Shown here piece by piece: positions 29,601 through 39,493 of a DNA stretch of 64,000 bases. Numbering within the stretch: the stretch's first letter is position 1; each line of letters begins with the position of its first letter. The translations under genes and the position numbers were made by a program. Location of the stretch: positions 962,071 to 1,026,070 of the forward strand of contig CBDCLS010000006.1 of assembly GCA_965218775.1 (NCBI GenBank). The letters are read 5' to 3'. The DNA comes from Acidobacteriota bacterium. Its GTDB lineage: Bacteria; Acidobacteriota; UBA6911; RPQK01; JAJDTT01. The notes below the pieces were generated by a model. That model did no database searches. It saw only the letters and a list, made by a program, of their open reading frames with translations, and was not told the origin of the DNA.

Positions 29601-29869
29601 ATCGGCGGCGGGTAGTGTCCTAATTTCAGGCCTGCGCACTCAGAACCGCTCCCGCCTATTGACACTTTCGGTTTGCTTGCTAATAATTCCTGGTGACACC
29701 CGAGACTGCCGAGTGCAATCAACACCCGGCAGCCTCTAAGCCAACTCGTCCTGGAATGGAGGAAGAGATGGCCTGAGTAGTATCTTACTTCAGCGCCCCT
29801 CGTTTGTTCATCCTCCATTCCGGACCTGTTGGTGATTCACCGCAATGTTTCACTAAGGAGGCACACAAA

Positions 29870-30733
29870 ATGAACAAACTTCTATCCACCGCCGCAGCCG
29901 CTCTTCTGCTTCTCTCGATGGGGACCCCCCTTCGCGCGGAGCACGGGAGTCTCTTCGGAGCCGAGCTGGATCACTTCCTGTACTTCCCGCACTTCGGCAA
30001 TGGGGAGACCATCAAATCCGAGCTGGTCCTGCTCATCACGGGAGGCGAGGCGCACCCTCTCATCCACTTCACCGACCACCAAGGCAACCCCGTGTCCGCC
30101 GACTCCCTGGTCGAGATCACCGACACCCTGATGCTTGACGGGGACGGAGGATTGACGACGGTCGATCCCGTCCCCGCCGGCGGAGAGATCACGATCTCTA
30201 CGAACGGAGCGGGAGAAGTAGTGACGGGGTCCGTGAAGGTGCTCAGTGCAACCAGCATCGAGGGCTTCTTGCGCTTCACCCTGCCCTCTGGGGTTGCCGG
30301 CGTGGCCTCGGCCCGGCCGAACCACAACTTCATCGTCCCGGTCCAGCTCCAGGAGGGGGGCATCAACACCGGCCTGGCGATTCACAACCTCAGCGACAGC
30401 TTGACCCGCGTCAACTGCACGTTGAGGAAAGACGGTCAAGAACTGGAATCCGCGGACATCGACGAGGACCTGGGCCTCGAGGACGCGGACATGGCGCTTG
30501 CGGCCAACAGCCAGGTCGCCCAGTTCATCGACGAGCTTTTCCCCAAGTACTTCGCCACAACGCCCGCGTCGACGGACACCACCCCCTTCACCGGATCGGT
30601 GCGGTGCGGAGCTTCTTCGAGGGTTACGGCAGTGGCCCTGGAGCTTGATTACCTCAGCGGCGCCGTCGGCGTCTTCACCACGCTGCCGGTCATCTCCTGG
30701 TCCTCGGGAGCCGGCTTCTTCTCCTCACCCTAA
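29870..30733 (+). CDS. Secreted hypothetical protein (signal peptide MNKLLSTAAAALLLLSMGTPLRA)
   Basis: AAGGAGG RBS 8 nt upstream of the ATG at 29870. High-GC codon usage. No recognisable domain. Confidence 0.55.
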   Translation: MNKLLSTAAAALLLLSMGTPLRAEHGSLFGAELDHFLYFPHFGNGETIKSELVLLITGGEAHPLIHFTDHQGNPVSADSLVEITDTLMLDGDGGLTTVDPVPAGGEITISTNGAGEVVTGSVKVLSATSIEGFLRFTLPSGVAGVASARPNHNFIVPVQLQEGGINTGLAIHNLSDSLTRVNCTLRKDGQELESADIDEDLGLEDADMALAANSQVAQFIDELFPKYFATTPASTDTTPFTGSVRCGASSRVTAVALELDYLSGAVGVFTTLPVISWSSGAGFFSSP

Positions 30734-30930
30734 CCGAAGGGGTGCCCTCTAGGGGCGCGGGGAATTCACCCCGCGCCCTATCTCCACCACAATACCCAGG
30801 CTATAATCGGAAACGGTAAGGGCCGCTCAGCAAAGCGGCCCTCGGGAAACGTAGAATCAAAGTAGGTTCTCTGATTCTACCTTCCCCACCCGACAGACAC
30901 AAGGGCGAAATTCACCCAGGAGGAGTTCAC

Positions 30931-31155
30931 GTGGACCAAAAAGAGTTTGATCAATGGATGGAATGGTCTGAAATAGCTAGTGAGCAGGACCGCATGAGAC
31001 AGATGATCGTGGAGCTTCCCAAAAAAAAGCTGCGTGAATTCCTAATCCGGCTACAGGATTTGTTTGGAGACTCACTGCCAATTGGTTATCTCATGAATCA
31101 CCGCGAGGAATTAGCCGATCAGATATTTGAGTTAAAGCGTTCGAGTAAGGATTGA
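30931..31155 (+). CDS. Small acidic helical hypothetical protein (74 aa), low-GC cassette gene 1
   Basis: GTG start after a GGAGGAG RBS. The local GC is about 45% against about 60% for the window. The stop overlaps the RBS of the next gene. Confidence 0.45.
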   Translation: MDQKEFDQWMEWSEIASEQDRMRQMIVELPKKKLREFLIRLQDLFGDSLPIGYLMNHREELADQIFELKRSSKD

Positions 31156-31178
31156 CGTGCGTCCGAGGGAGGAAAGAA

Positions 31179-31442
31179 ATGCCTGACAAAAGAGTGAGTG
31201 CAGACGATCTGGCCGAATCCTTAGAAGCATTGATGCAGAAAATAATTGAAAATGAAATCTTGATGACAGCCTTATTGGAGGCTCTTAACAGGTGGGATCC
31301 TTTGCTCACGAGAAAGATATTCCTGATACTCGCTGAGGAACCTCTTAAAAGCGATTTCAAATTCAAGGACCGCTACGAGAGTGGGCATAAGAAACTCTTG
31401 CATCGCTTCCGTTCTACTTACTTCCCTGAAGACTCCGGATGA
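31179..31442 (+). CDS. Small hypothetical protein (87 aa), low-GC cassette gene 2
   Basis: ATG start after a GGGAGGAAAG RBS. Low GC. Immediately upstream of the IS1-family transposase. Confidence 0.45.
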   Translation: MPDKRVSADDLAESLEALMQKIIENEILMTALLEALNRWDPLLTRKIFLILAEEPLKSDFKFKDRYESGHKKLLHRFRSTYFPEDSG

Positions 31443-31617
31443 ATTACCTCTGGTTTCACTCATGCAGTTAGTCTCCCATAAGGGGTAATTACTAAACCGG
31501 GGCTCCGGGGGCTGTCACCCCCGGAGTCCTCCTCAAGTCCAGTGTCGGTGTACAACACTGAACCCTTACGTAAGCGCTCATTGTGAGCCGGCCTGGAAGA
31601 AAGGTCAAGGCTCACCA

Positions 31618-32403
31618 ATGAACCTGCTTCCCCAACCCAAACAAGAACTCGTCATCCATCTGCTGCTCGAGGGCAGCTCGATCCGCTCCACGGAGCGGCT
31701 CACCGGCGTCCACCGCGACACCATCATGCGATTGATGGTGCGGGCCGGCCTCCACTGCCAGGAGCTGATGAACGCCCATATCCGCAATCTGCCCCCTTCA
31801 GTGATCGAGGTCGACGAGGCGTGGTCCTATGTCGGCAAGAAAGACGGCCATCTGAGCCCTGCCGAGCGGTCCGATCCCGAGGTCGGATCCCAGTGGATCT
31901 TCGTCGCCATGTGCCGCGAGTCCAAGCTGATCCCCGCCTTCGCCCTGGGTAAAAGAACCACCGAAGTGGCCGAGGATCTCATGGGTCAACTCAGCCGCCG
32001 CCTTCGCGGACGGCCGCGCATGGTCACCGATGCGTTCGGACCCTACCTGCAGGCCGTCGATCGCACCTTCGGGTCCGAAGTGGACTATACGATGATGACC
32101 AAGGAATTCCGGGACGGAACCGCATTCGTGCGGTCCCTGCGGATCCAGGGGAAACTCCCCGACGAGGAAGTTTCCACCAGCGGAATCGAGCGCCAGAACC
32201 TCACCCTGCGCAACTTCGTCCGGAGGCTGGCCCGAAAGACGATCTGTTTCTCGAAGAAGCTGGAGAACCTCAGAGCGGCCCTCGCGCTGCACTTCTGCTG
32301 GTACAACTTCGGGCGGGTCCACGGCACCCTGCGATGCACCCCCGCGATGGAGGCGGGACTGGCAGGTTCGGTGTGGGAGGTTGACAGGCTGTTGCCGGCT
32401 TGA
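31618..32403 (+). mobile_element. IS1-family transposase gene (single ORF with InsA-like HTH N-terminus and InsB-like catalytic region)
   Basis: IEVDEAWSYVGKK and GIERQNLTLRNFVRRLARKTICFSKK match the IS1 InsB signature regions (DE..W.YVG ; [25 protein letters not shown]). Confidence 0.75.
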
Positions 32404-32595
32404 ATTGGGCGCTCCGCTAACCGGCGTGGTATCCTGGAAACGATAAAGGCCAGCGCTTTCACGCTGGCCTTTAAACAAATCAACCGGAGGGCCCGAAAAA
32501 GGCCCAACAAGGAAGATCAACCCACTTCTTCCTTGTAGCAGGACTCCTGCGCCTTTGTCAAACCCTCCAGCCAACAGATTCGGATTTTGGATCGG

Positions 32596-32675
32596 ATAGC
32601 AAACGCACGGCGATGGAAGCTGGCCTGGCCGGCTCGATCTGGAAGGTTGACAGGCTATTGCCGGTGGAAAATTAG
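32596..32675 (+). mobile_element. Duplicated 3' end of the IS1-family transposase (about 80 nt, encodes MEAGLAGSIWKVDRLLPVEN*)
   Basis: Near-identical to 32330-32403 (the tnp C-terminus AMEAGLAGSVWEVDRLLPA*). Remnant of a second IS copy or an internal duplication. Confidence 0.6.
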
Positions 32676-33004
32676 CCGTCGACGTCCTCACCAGACCCGA
32701 TCTTCTCGACGGATACCACCACGCTCTTCGGCACTGCCGCAACGACCTCGGATCCTATTTTGAAAACATAGCTGTCGCACTGCGGCTTGAATCCGTTGAC
32801 GCTGTCGGCTTCGATGAGCTTGAACCCACTTTGGCCTTTGATATATCTGACACGGTACGTATTCATGCAGGAATCCTATCATAGTGCCAACGCCGGCGAT
32901 GGACGCGAGGAGCCTCACTCCTGGACCCCCGCCGACGGCCCCTGATTCAAATTAGGACACTACCCGGCGGCGGGAAAACACCTATAATGTGGTAGGTTCG
33001 ACAA

Positions 33005-33541
33005 ATGCACAGGGTCTTTTGGGTGGTTTGTTTTGTTATCGTGATGGCCGTGCCTGCCGTGGCTGGCCATTTCTTTCTCCCTTCTCGCAGTTTCTTCTAC
33101 TACCGGCCCGACAACTTTCTTTACAATCAATATGGGGCCTATTGCGGTTATTCCCACTTCTCCTATCGTCAGCCGAGTGTGGCTGTCACTCCTCTGCTTC
33201 GGCCGCGCTATAGGGTTCGGCGACCTCTGGCTCGGGCGGTGGTGGGCTCCAAGGGTGTGCGGATCATACCGACTACTTCTCAAGTGATCTTTGAAGTCGT
33301 CCCGCCCTCGGCCCTGGTCTATGTGGATGGCCGCTTGATGGGCAGCGCCAGAAGCTTTACCAATGAGGAGACGGCCTGCCCTCTAAACGAGGGAATCCAC
33401 GTTCTGCGCTTGGAGGCATCCGGCTACCAGAGCTATGAGGCTGATATCGCGACGATCCCCGGTCGAACGGTTCGTCTCGATATTACTCTGGAGAGGGAGC
33501 AGGCAGACGGAGCGACTCAAGAGACGGCTGGTGTCTTCTGA
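33005..33541 (+). CDS. Secreted PEGA-domain-like protein
   Basis: Signal peptide and a C-terminal segment (ALVYVDGRLMGSA...GIHVLRLEASGYQSYEADI...VRLDITLE) matching the PEGA beta-sandwich pattern. Confidence 0.45.
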   Translation: MHRVFWVVCFVIVMAVPAVAGHFFLPSRSFFYYRPDNFLYNQYGAYCGYSHFSYRQPSVAVTPLLRPRYRVRRPLARAVVGSKGVRIIPTTSQVIFEVVPPSALVYVDGRLMGSARSFTNEETACPLNEGIHVLRLEASGYQSYEADIATIPGRTVRLDITLEREQADGATQETAGVF

Positions 33542-33598
33542 TCTGAAACTTGAACAAATTGTTCGCAAGTCGCGGGTTGCAGATCTGCCCGAAGACGG

Positions 33599-34486
33599 CT
33601 AGCTCCTGCTTTCCTGGAGCGCATCCCGAACAATGGCTAGGCACTCAAGCATCTTCGGAATCGGGTTTTCCTTGTCTCCTTCGAACTCAAGAGAAAGCGG
33701 TCCATCGAACCCAATCTTCACCAGAGTAGCAAGAGTCTGTCCCACGTCCAGCTGACCTTGACCCAGGACCACGTCGTCGCCCTGCTGGTCAAAGTCCTTC
33801 AGGTGGACACCGAGAACTCGAGAACCCAACATTTCCAGGGCCTCAATCGGATCGACATCGGCACGTATGAAGTGTCCCAGGTCGGCGCACGCTCCGATCC
33901 TGGGGTCGAGGTCACTCACCGCCTCGAGAATCCAATCGGGCCGGCGCCAGCGCTCGTCCTCGGGGCCGTGGTTGTGAATCGCGATCTGGACGTCATACTC
34001 CTCGACCAGCTTCTCCAGGCTGCCGAAAGCATTCTTTCTTGGATCCGCGCTCAAGCATCTCACTCCTAGCGCCTTCCCGAATTTGAAGAAAGCCTCGTTG
34101 GCTTCGTGATCCTCGCTGAAGTGTTCCACCCCAAAGGCGTTCGTGATGAGTCCCGCCGCCGCCAGGCGCTTCTGTATTTGTTCCAACTGGGGCAGGGGAG
34201 TCGAGGTGGGCAGGTGACCCCGGTAGAGCTCTACGTAGTGGAGTCCCAAGCGGCCGGCCTGTTCCAGGAAATCATCTAGCTCCGTGAAGTGGCGCAGGGA
34301 ATAACTCTGGAATCCCATGTCGAAGGGAGCATAGGGGTTCATCCCGGTGCTGGAAACCTCGGGCTCGGGATCCGCTACTGGCGAGCAGCGGCTGAGCAGG
34401 GCCGCTGAAAGGGTTGTGCCCAGGGCCAATCCGCCAATTTTCCCAGAGCTTTCACGGAAGAAATGTCTTCGATTTATTGGTCTCAT
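33599..34486 (-). CDS. Sugar phosphate isomerase/epimerase (xylose-isomerase-like TIM barrel) with Tat signal
   Basis: Twin-arginine motif RRHFFR followed by a hydrophobic stretch. AP-endonuclease-2 / xylose isomerase-like fold (GVHLKD, HNHGPE). Confidence 0.7.
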   Translation of the reverse strand: MRPINRRHFFRESSGKIGGLALGTTLSAALLSRCSPVADPEPEVSSTGMNPYAPFDMGFQSYSLRHFTELDDFLEQAGRLGLHYVELYRGHLPTSTPLPQLEQIQKRLAAAGLITNAFGVEHFSEDHEANEAFFKFGKALGVRCLSADPRKNAFGSLEKLVEEYDVQIAIHNHGPEDERWRRPDWILEAVSDLDPRIGACADLGHFIRADVDPIEALEMLGSRVLGVHLKDFDQQGDDVVLGQGQLDVGQTLATLVKIGFDGPLSLEFEGDKENPIPKMLECLAIVRDALQESRS

Positions 34487-34644
34487 GGTCTCGCTCCTTG
34501 GGATGAGTTGGCGAAGGCAGAGTATGGACCTGGCTCAATCCGGTTACAAGTGCTGTAAGGAGAGGCGTGGCTCACATTGGATCGTTCTGGGGGAGCTTGA
34601 GGGTGGAATCTGGATGGATTGTGCGAGCGCGGGAAGCGCCGGAC

Positions 34645-34720
34645 GAGTTGTCCGCTCTCTCCTTGGAACTGGGTCTGATATCGCCAACACGTCACGTCGT
34701 TCGCGGCTCTGTCGGACTTG
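34645..34720 (+). repeat. Dispersed roughly 76-nt intergenic repeat, family B, copy 1
   Basis: ctctctccttggaactgggtctgat...cgtcgttcgcggctctgtcggac aligns with copies at 42478-42552 (-), 44543-44620 (+) and 58186-58262 (-). Confidence 0.75.
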
Positions 34721-34832
34721 GTTTGATGTTGCCGACATCCGGCCCGGTGCTGATGTCTTCCTCAGCAACTTCGACGTTTAGACGAATCGTTCAAGTTTCG
34801 GGCCAGTAGCAAGTTTCTGGTGAATCCGGACT

Positions 34833-34858
34833 ACAGTTTTCCTGGTTCGCGACGATAA
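34833..34858 (+). promoter_or_regulatory. Possible sigma-28 (FliA)-type promoter upstream of flagellin (acagtttt-N12-cgataa)
   Basis: Resembles the TAAAGTTT-N11-GCCGATAA consensus. It lies about 90 nt upstream of the fliC ATG. Confidence 0.3.
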
Positions 34859-34947
34859 GGCCACTGAGACACGAAGGGGTTGCCGGTACCCAGGAACCGG
34901 CGAGGGGCAAGGATGCCCCCTAAGAAGCTTTTCAAGGAGGAAAGTCA

Positions 34948-35811
34948 ATGAGCAGTACTTTCAGTGTCATCACCAACCTCCCGAGTTTGGTGGCCCAGCA
35001 CAATTCCACCCAGAACCAGATGAGCTTGCAGAGAACGCTCTTCCGGCTCTCGACCGGTCAACGGTTGTTCCGGGGTGGCGAGGACCCTGCCGGCCTGGCT
35101 CTGGCGGACGGCTTGCATGCGCAGATTCGTACCCTGGAACAGTCCATCAGAAACGCCAATGACGGCGTTGGTTTTGCCCAGGTGGCAGACAGTGGTCTGG
35201 GTCAGATTCAGAATCTGCTGGGCCGGGCAGCTTCACTGCTGTCCGAGGCGGAGTCCGACACCAACAGTTCAGGGGAGGTCGCTATTGAAACCGAGTTGCA
35301 GGAGATCTACAGGGAAATCGACCGGATTGGATCGGCCACCTCTTTCAATGGCACCTCAGTCTTTGCCGACAGCGACGTCAACATCTTCGTTGGGGACACG
35401 CAGAACCTGACTGCGTCCAATGCGGAAATCGGGGTCAGCGGTAGCGCTCTCAGTGCGAGTGCACTGACGATTACGGTTGGCATAGGCGGCAGCGGCGGAT
35501 CTTCTATCACTGTCAACATCGCCGCTAGTTCGACCGCCACTTCGATGTTGACCCAGGTGGAAGCAGCCATCGACACGGTTGCGGCCAGACGCGGTAAGTT
35601 GGGAGCTTCCATGAACCGACTCGAAAACGCAGTGTCGGTCATGCAGTCCCAGGTTCAGAATCTAACCGCTGCCGAATCACAGATTCGGGATGCGGACTTC
35701 GCCTCGGAGATCGCAAATCTGACGAAGTACCAGATTCTGTCCCAGGTCGGTGTAGCGGCAATGGCTCAGGCCAACGCCGTACCCCAGAGCGTTCTGGCCC
35801 TCTTCCAGTAA
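34948..35811 (+). CDS. fliC: Flagellin
   Basis: N-terminal D0/D1 regions (RLSTGQRL..GEDPAGLAL; RNANDGVGFAQVADSGL) and the C-terminal region (AAESQIRDADFASEIANLTKYQILSQVGVAAMAQAN) are characteristic of flagellin. AAGGAGG RBS. Confidence 0.85.
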   Translation: MSSTFSVITNLPSLVAQHNSTQNQMSLQRTLFRLSTGQRLFRGGEDPAGLALADGLHAQIRTLEQSIRNANDGVGFAQVADSGLGQIQNLLGRAASLLSEAESDTNSSGEVAIETELQEIYREIDRIGSATSFNGTSVFADSDVNIFVGDTQNLTASNAEIGVSGSALSASALTITVGIGGSGGSSITVNIAASSTATSMLTQVEAAIDTVAARRGKLGASMNRLENAVSVMQSQVQNLTAAESQIRDADFASEIANLTKYQILSQVGVAAMAQANAVPQSVLALFQ

Positions 35812-36302
35812 TAGGACGAGGCTCACGAATTCGAGTAGGGGGTGAGGTCTGGGCGCAAGCCCCGACCCCGCCCCGCTCTTCCCCCGGCACACCGTGAGAC
35901 AATCAACGTCCCGGAAAAAAAGGGAGAGGAACTACTCCGGATTCCTATACCGAGCCGTCGCGAAGCGGCAACAGAGTTGTCTTGTAAGGCCCCCTGAACG
36001 GCGCACTTTCAGCAGGCTACCTTCCTCACAAAGCGCTTGCTGTCAAAACGTAACCCCCGCTTCTGGTGGTGGTTCCGTTTTCCCAACCCCTCGACGCAAT
36101 GTCAACCTGCGCCGTTGGGAGGCCCACAGCATTTCGGTTCGTAAAGACAACCCTTGAGCCGCTTCGCGACGGCTCGGATTTTCAACCCTTCCCGAGCTCT
36201 TCATCTCTTCCATCAGCCACCCTTGATCTAGCGGCTCCGTTGAAGATAACCTAGGTCCGACTCCTGGATTGGGTTACTTCCGCGCACAAGGAGAGATGGT
36301 TC

Positions 36303-37367
36303 TTGTCCAGCAGCGTTACCAGCAGAAGAGGGTTTCTGCGTCCCCAGGCGCTTGCTTCGGTGATAGGAGCCGGGTTTGCCGAGGTTCTGCCTCCCCTTGA
36401 GAACTTTGACTCCGACCATCTGTTGCGCGCCGGCCGCGCGGCAATGGCCTGTCGATTCGAGATTCTCTTTGGATCTCGAGATCGTTTGAAGGTAATGGCG
36501 GCCCACCGGGCCCTTGACGAGGTAGCGCGGCTAGAGCGTCAGATGACCATTTTCAGTGAGGAGAGTGAGATTTCGTCCATCAATCAGGGCGCTCACCAGG
36601 GGCGGGTGACGGTGGAGCCGCGATTGCTCCAACTTCTGCGTCTCGGCTGTGATCTCTGCCGGAAGACGGGTGGCGCCTTTGATATGACCGCCAGCCCCTT
36701 GTGGCGCTGCTGGGGTTTTGCCCAACGCCGGGGCGAGGTCCCCACTGAGGAAGCACTGAATCGCGCCCTCGAATCGGTCGGTTCCCAACTGCTCGAGCTC
36801 GACGAAGAGTCTCAATCGGTCCGATTCCATCATCCTGACCTGGAACTGAACCTGGGGGGCATCGGCAAGGGTTACGCTCTGGACCGGGCCGCTGCGATGC
36901 TGCGGGACGAGGGCCTTTCGAATGTTCTTCTCCACTTCGGGCACAGCAGCATCCTCGTCTTGGGCAATGCGCCCGGACAGGCGGGACGAGGTTGGCCGCT
37001 CAGCCTGCGTCACCCCCTGCAACGGAAGCAGAGCCTGGCCCGGATCCAGCTTCGCGATCAGGCGATGGCGACTTCCGGTGTAGGTGAGCAGTCCTTTCGG
37101 GCTGAAGGGAAGCGCTACGGTCATGTGCTCGACCCCAGAACCGGGTATCCCACAGAGAAGAATCTGAGTGCAACCGCTTTTGCCAGGACGGCTGCGGTGG
37201 CCGACGCTTTGTCAACTGCCTTCCTGGTGATGGATCTGGAAGAAGTCCGCGAATACTGCCACAATCATCCAGGCGTGGGTGCCCTGTTGGTGCCGGCATC
37301 CGGCAGCGCCGAGATCGAAGTGCATCGTTTTGGTCTGGATCCCAGCGATGTGGAGATAATCCTTTGA
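36303..37367 (+). CDS. apbE: FAD:protein FMN transferase (ApbE family) with Tat-like signal
   Basis: GGIGKGYALD motif and ApbE fold. N-terminal SRRGFL twin-arginine motif. Confidence 0.8.
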   Translation: MSSSVTSRRGFLRPQALASVIGAGFAEVLPPLENFDSDHLLRAGRAAMACRFEILFGSRDRLKVMAAHRALDEVARLERQMTIFSEESEISSINQGAHQGRVTVEPRLLQLLRLGCDLCRKTGGAFDMTASPLWRCWGFAQRRGEVPTEEALNRALESVGSQLLELDEESQSVRFHHPDLELNLGGIGKGYALDRAAAMLRDEGLSNVLLHFGHSSILVLGNAPGQAGRGWPLSLRHPLQRKQSLARIQLRDQAMATSGVGEQSFRAEGKRYGHVLDPRTGYPTEKNLSATAFARTAAVADALSTAFLVMDLEEVREYCHNHPGVGALLVPASGSAEIEVHRFGLDPSDVEIIL

Positions 37368-37876
37368 ATCAGTCGTCGGGAGCGACCCGCGTTCAGAAAT
37401 TCCTGCTGGTGTTGCTGCGGTTCTCGATCGGGTGGCATCTCTTCTACCAGGGGCTGGGAAAGCTCCGGGCTGTGGAGTGGACGGCCCGAGGCTATCTGGG
37501 AGCGGCAACCGGCCCGTTTGCTCCCCTGTTCCAGAGTATTGCGGACGGTCCAAGGCTGATGGCATTGGCAGATTTTTCGACCGTCTGGGGTCTGATGGTC
37601 CTGGGGATCCTGCTGATGGTGGGATTGTTCACTCGCGTCTCTGCCTTGGGAGGTATCGCGCTTCTGATGCTCTTCTACCTGGCGGCTCCTCCCCTTGCTG
37701 CAGAGGGTTTCACGGTAATGTCTTCAGAAGGAGCAGAACTTTACGTCAACAAGACGCTTCTCGAAGCCCTTGCCCTGCTGCTGGTCCTCTCCTTTCCTAC
37801 GGGCCAGATGGTAGGGCTCGACATCCTGATTCGATATAGGAGGGAGAGCAAGCAGACCGCTTCGTCTGGAGCTTAA
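37364..37876 (+). CDS. DoxX-family membrane protein
   Basis: Four transmembrane segments (RFSIGWHLFYQG...). The start overlaps the apbE stop (ATGA). Confidence 0.65.
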   Translation: MNQSSGATRVQKFLLVLLRFSIGWHLFYQGLGKLRAVEWTARGYLGAATGPFAPLFQSIADGPRLMALADFSTVWGLMVLGILLMVGLFTRVSALGGIALLMLFYLAAPPLAAEGFTVMSSEGAELYVNKTLLEALALLLVLSFPTGQMVGLDILIRYRRESKQTASSGA

Positions 37877-37948
37877 ATAGGTGGCAGCTATTGGCAGCTA
37901 TATCCTTGTCTTCTCTAGAATGGAAACCATCAACAGGGCACGGTAACT

Positions 37949-39217
37949 ATGACTGAAGAACAAAAAAAGCTAGGTCGACGAAACTTCATCAAGGCAGTAG
38001 CCACAATTCCACCCGCAGGTGCTCTGGTCTGGAAGGCCTCCTCCATGACGCCGGTCAGGGCGGGGATTATCGGGACCGGCAGCCAGGGACGGGTGTTGAT
38101 GGAAAACGCTCCTCCCAGCCACATCCGAATCTCGGCTGTCTGTGACATTTATCCCAAGAACCTGGAGAAGGGTCTCAAGATCGCTCGCGAACGCTTCGAT
38201 CCCCAAGCGGAAACCTATACGGACTATCGTAAATTGCTGGAGAGAAAAGACCTGGAAGCGGTCTTGATCGCGACCCCTATGTGGCAGCACGAGCCGATGA
38301 CAGTGGATGCCCTGCGGGCGGGAAAGCATACCTTCAGCGAGAAGGCGATGGCCCATAGCATTGAAGGCTGTCGCAGAATGATCGACGCCGCACATTCTGC
38401 CCGCCGGACCCTCCAGGTCGGGCATCATCGAAACTACAACCCCTTGTACCAGGAAGCCTACCAGCTGATAAAGGGCGGAGTGATCGGCGACGTCTATCAT
38501 GTTCGCGCCCTCTGGCACCGAAACAAGAGCTGGAGAAGAAAGCTGCCGAAGGGCGACTTCGATCCCACCCCCTGGGGTTATGACAACCTGGACGAGTACA
38601 AGAACTGGAGACTCTACCGGAAGTTCGGGCACGGACTGATGGGTGAGCTCGGGAGTCACCAGATTCAGGTGGTCAACTGGTTCAGCGGGAGCCTTCCGCA
38701 TTCCGTGTACGGCTCGGGAGGAACCTACCACTACAACGATGACCGGGAAGTCGAAGACCACGTCTATCTGATCTATGAGTATCCAGAGGGGTTGACGTTT
38801 ACCTACTCTTCTATTCAAACCAATGCCTACGACCACTACTACGAACAGTTCATGGGAACCAAAGGGACGATTGTGCTGAGTGGTGAGCGGGAAGCCATGC
38901 TCTTTTCAGAGGGAGGTGAGGCAGCTGCTACCGAACTGGCGGCGGCTCCGATGGGTGAAGGACCCGTCTTGGAGGCCTCGGAGAGTCGCGCCAACAATGC
39001 CGCCGGCTCCAGTGTCGGAGGCACGTCCAGCATGGCCTTGGCGCTGCGCGGCTATCAGAATGAGCTGGCAGGTTTTGGCCGAATCATCCGGCATGGCGCA
39101 GACAATCTGAGCGACGGCCCCATGGCCATGAACGTGGTCATTCCCATGATCAAGGGCAACGAGTCGATCGCTAAGGGCGAGAGGTTGGATATTCCGAAAG
39201 AGCTGTACTGGACCTAG
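37949..39217 (+). CDS. Gfo/Idh/MocA-family oxidoreductase with Tat signal (periplasmic)
   Basis: RRNFIK twin-arginine signal. Rossmann N-terminus (AGIIGTGSQG) and Gfo/Idh/MocA C-terminal domain. The stop codon TAG lies inside the terminus of the downstream MITE-like element. Confidence 0.8.
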   Translation: MTEEQKKLGRRNFIKAVATIPPAGALVWKASSMTPVRAGIIGTGSQGRVLMENAPPSHIRISAVCDIYPKNLEKGLKIARERFDPQAETYTDYRKLLERKDLEAVLIATPMWQHEPMTVDALRAGKHTFSEKAMAHSIEGCRRMIDAAHSARRTLQVGHHRNYNPLYQEAYQLIKGGVIGDVYHVRALWHRNKSWRRKLPKGDFDPTPWGYDNLDEYKNWRLYRKFGHGLMGELGSHQIQVVNWFSGSLPHSVYGSGGTYHYNDDREVEDHVYLIYEYPEGLTFTYSSIQTNAYDHYYEQFMGTKGTIVLSGEREAMLFSEGGEAAATELAAAPMGEGPVLEASESRANNAAGSSVGGTSSMALALRGYQNELAGFGRIIRHGADNLSDGPMAMNVVIPMIKGNESIAKGERLDIPKELYWT

Positions 39218-39493
39218 GAGCCTGTCCGAGTAATGGTCCGGGTTGCGTTACAGGCGCCGTTAGTCCAGATGCGAGGCAGGGCGACGAAGGCGATGCTCGG
39301 CCATCTTCGAGGAGCCAGAACAAAGCAGATGGGCTGACGCCGCCTATAACCCGAAGGGAGAATGGGGGTTGCGGCCGATCTCTGCGTTCGTCGTCGTCGA
39401 AGATGGCCAAGCATCGTCTTCCTCCTCCTGCCTTGATCTCGCCTCGCAAGCCCCATTCTCGCAACCCGGGCCATTACTCGGACAGGCTCCTAG
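39214..39493. repeat. MITE-like palindromic element, copy B (terminal inverted repeat ctaggagcctgtccgagtaatggtccgggttgcg, conserved core shared with 17999-18274)
   Basis: 34-bp terminal inverted repeats. The interior is an imperfect long palindrome. The same termini with no core occur at 56574-56632. Confidence 0.8.

Noticed and set aside
32672-32866. 64-aa minus-strand ORF (MNTYRVRYIKGQSGFKLIEADSV...) next to the transposase 3' duplicate.
   Set aside because: It has no recognisable RBS or domain, and its start overlaps the duplicated IS end. It was left unannotated, although a genuine small protein cannot be excluded.
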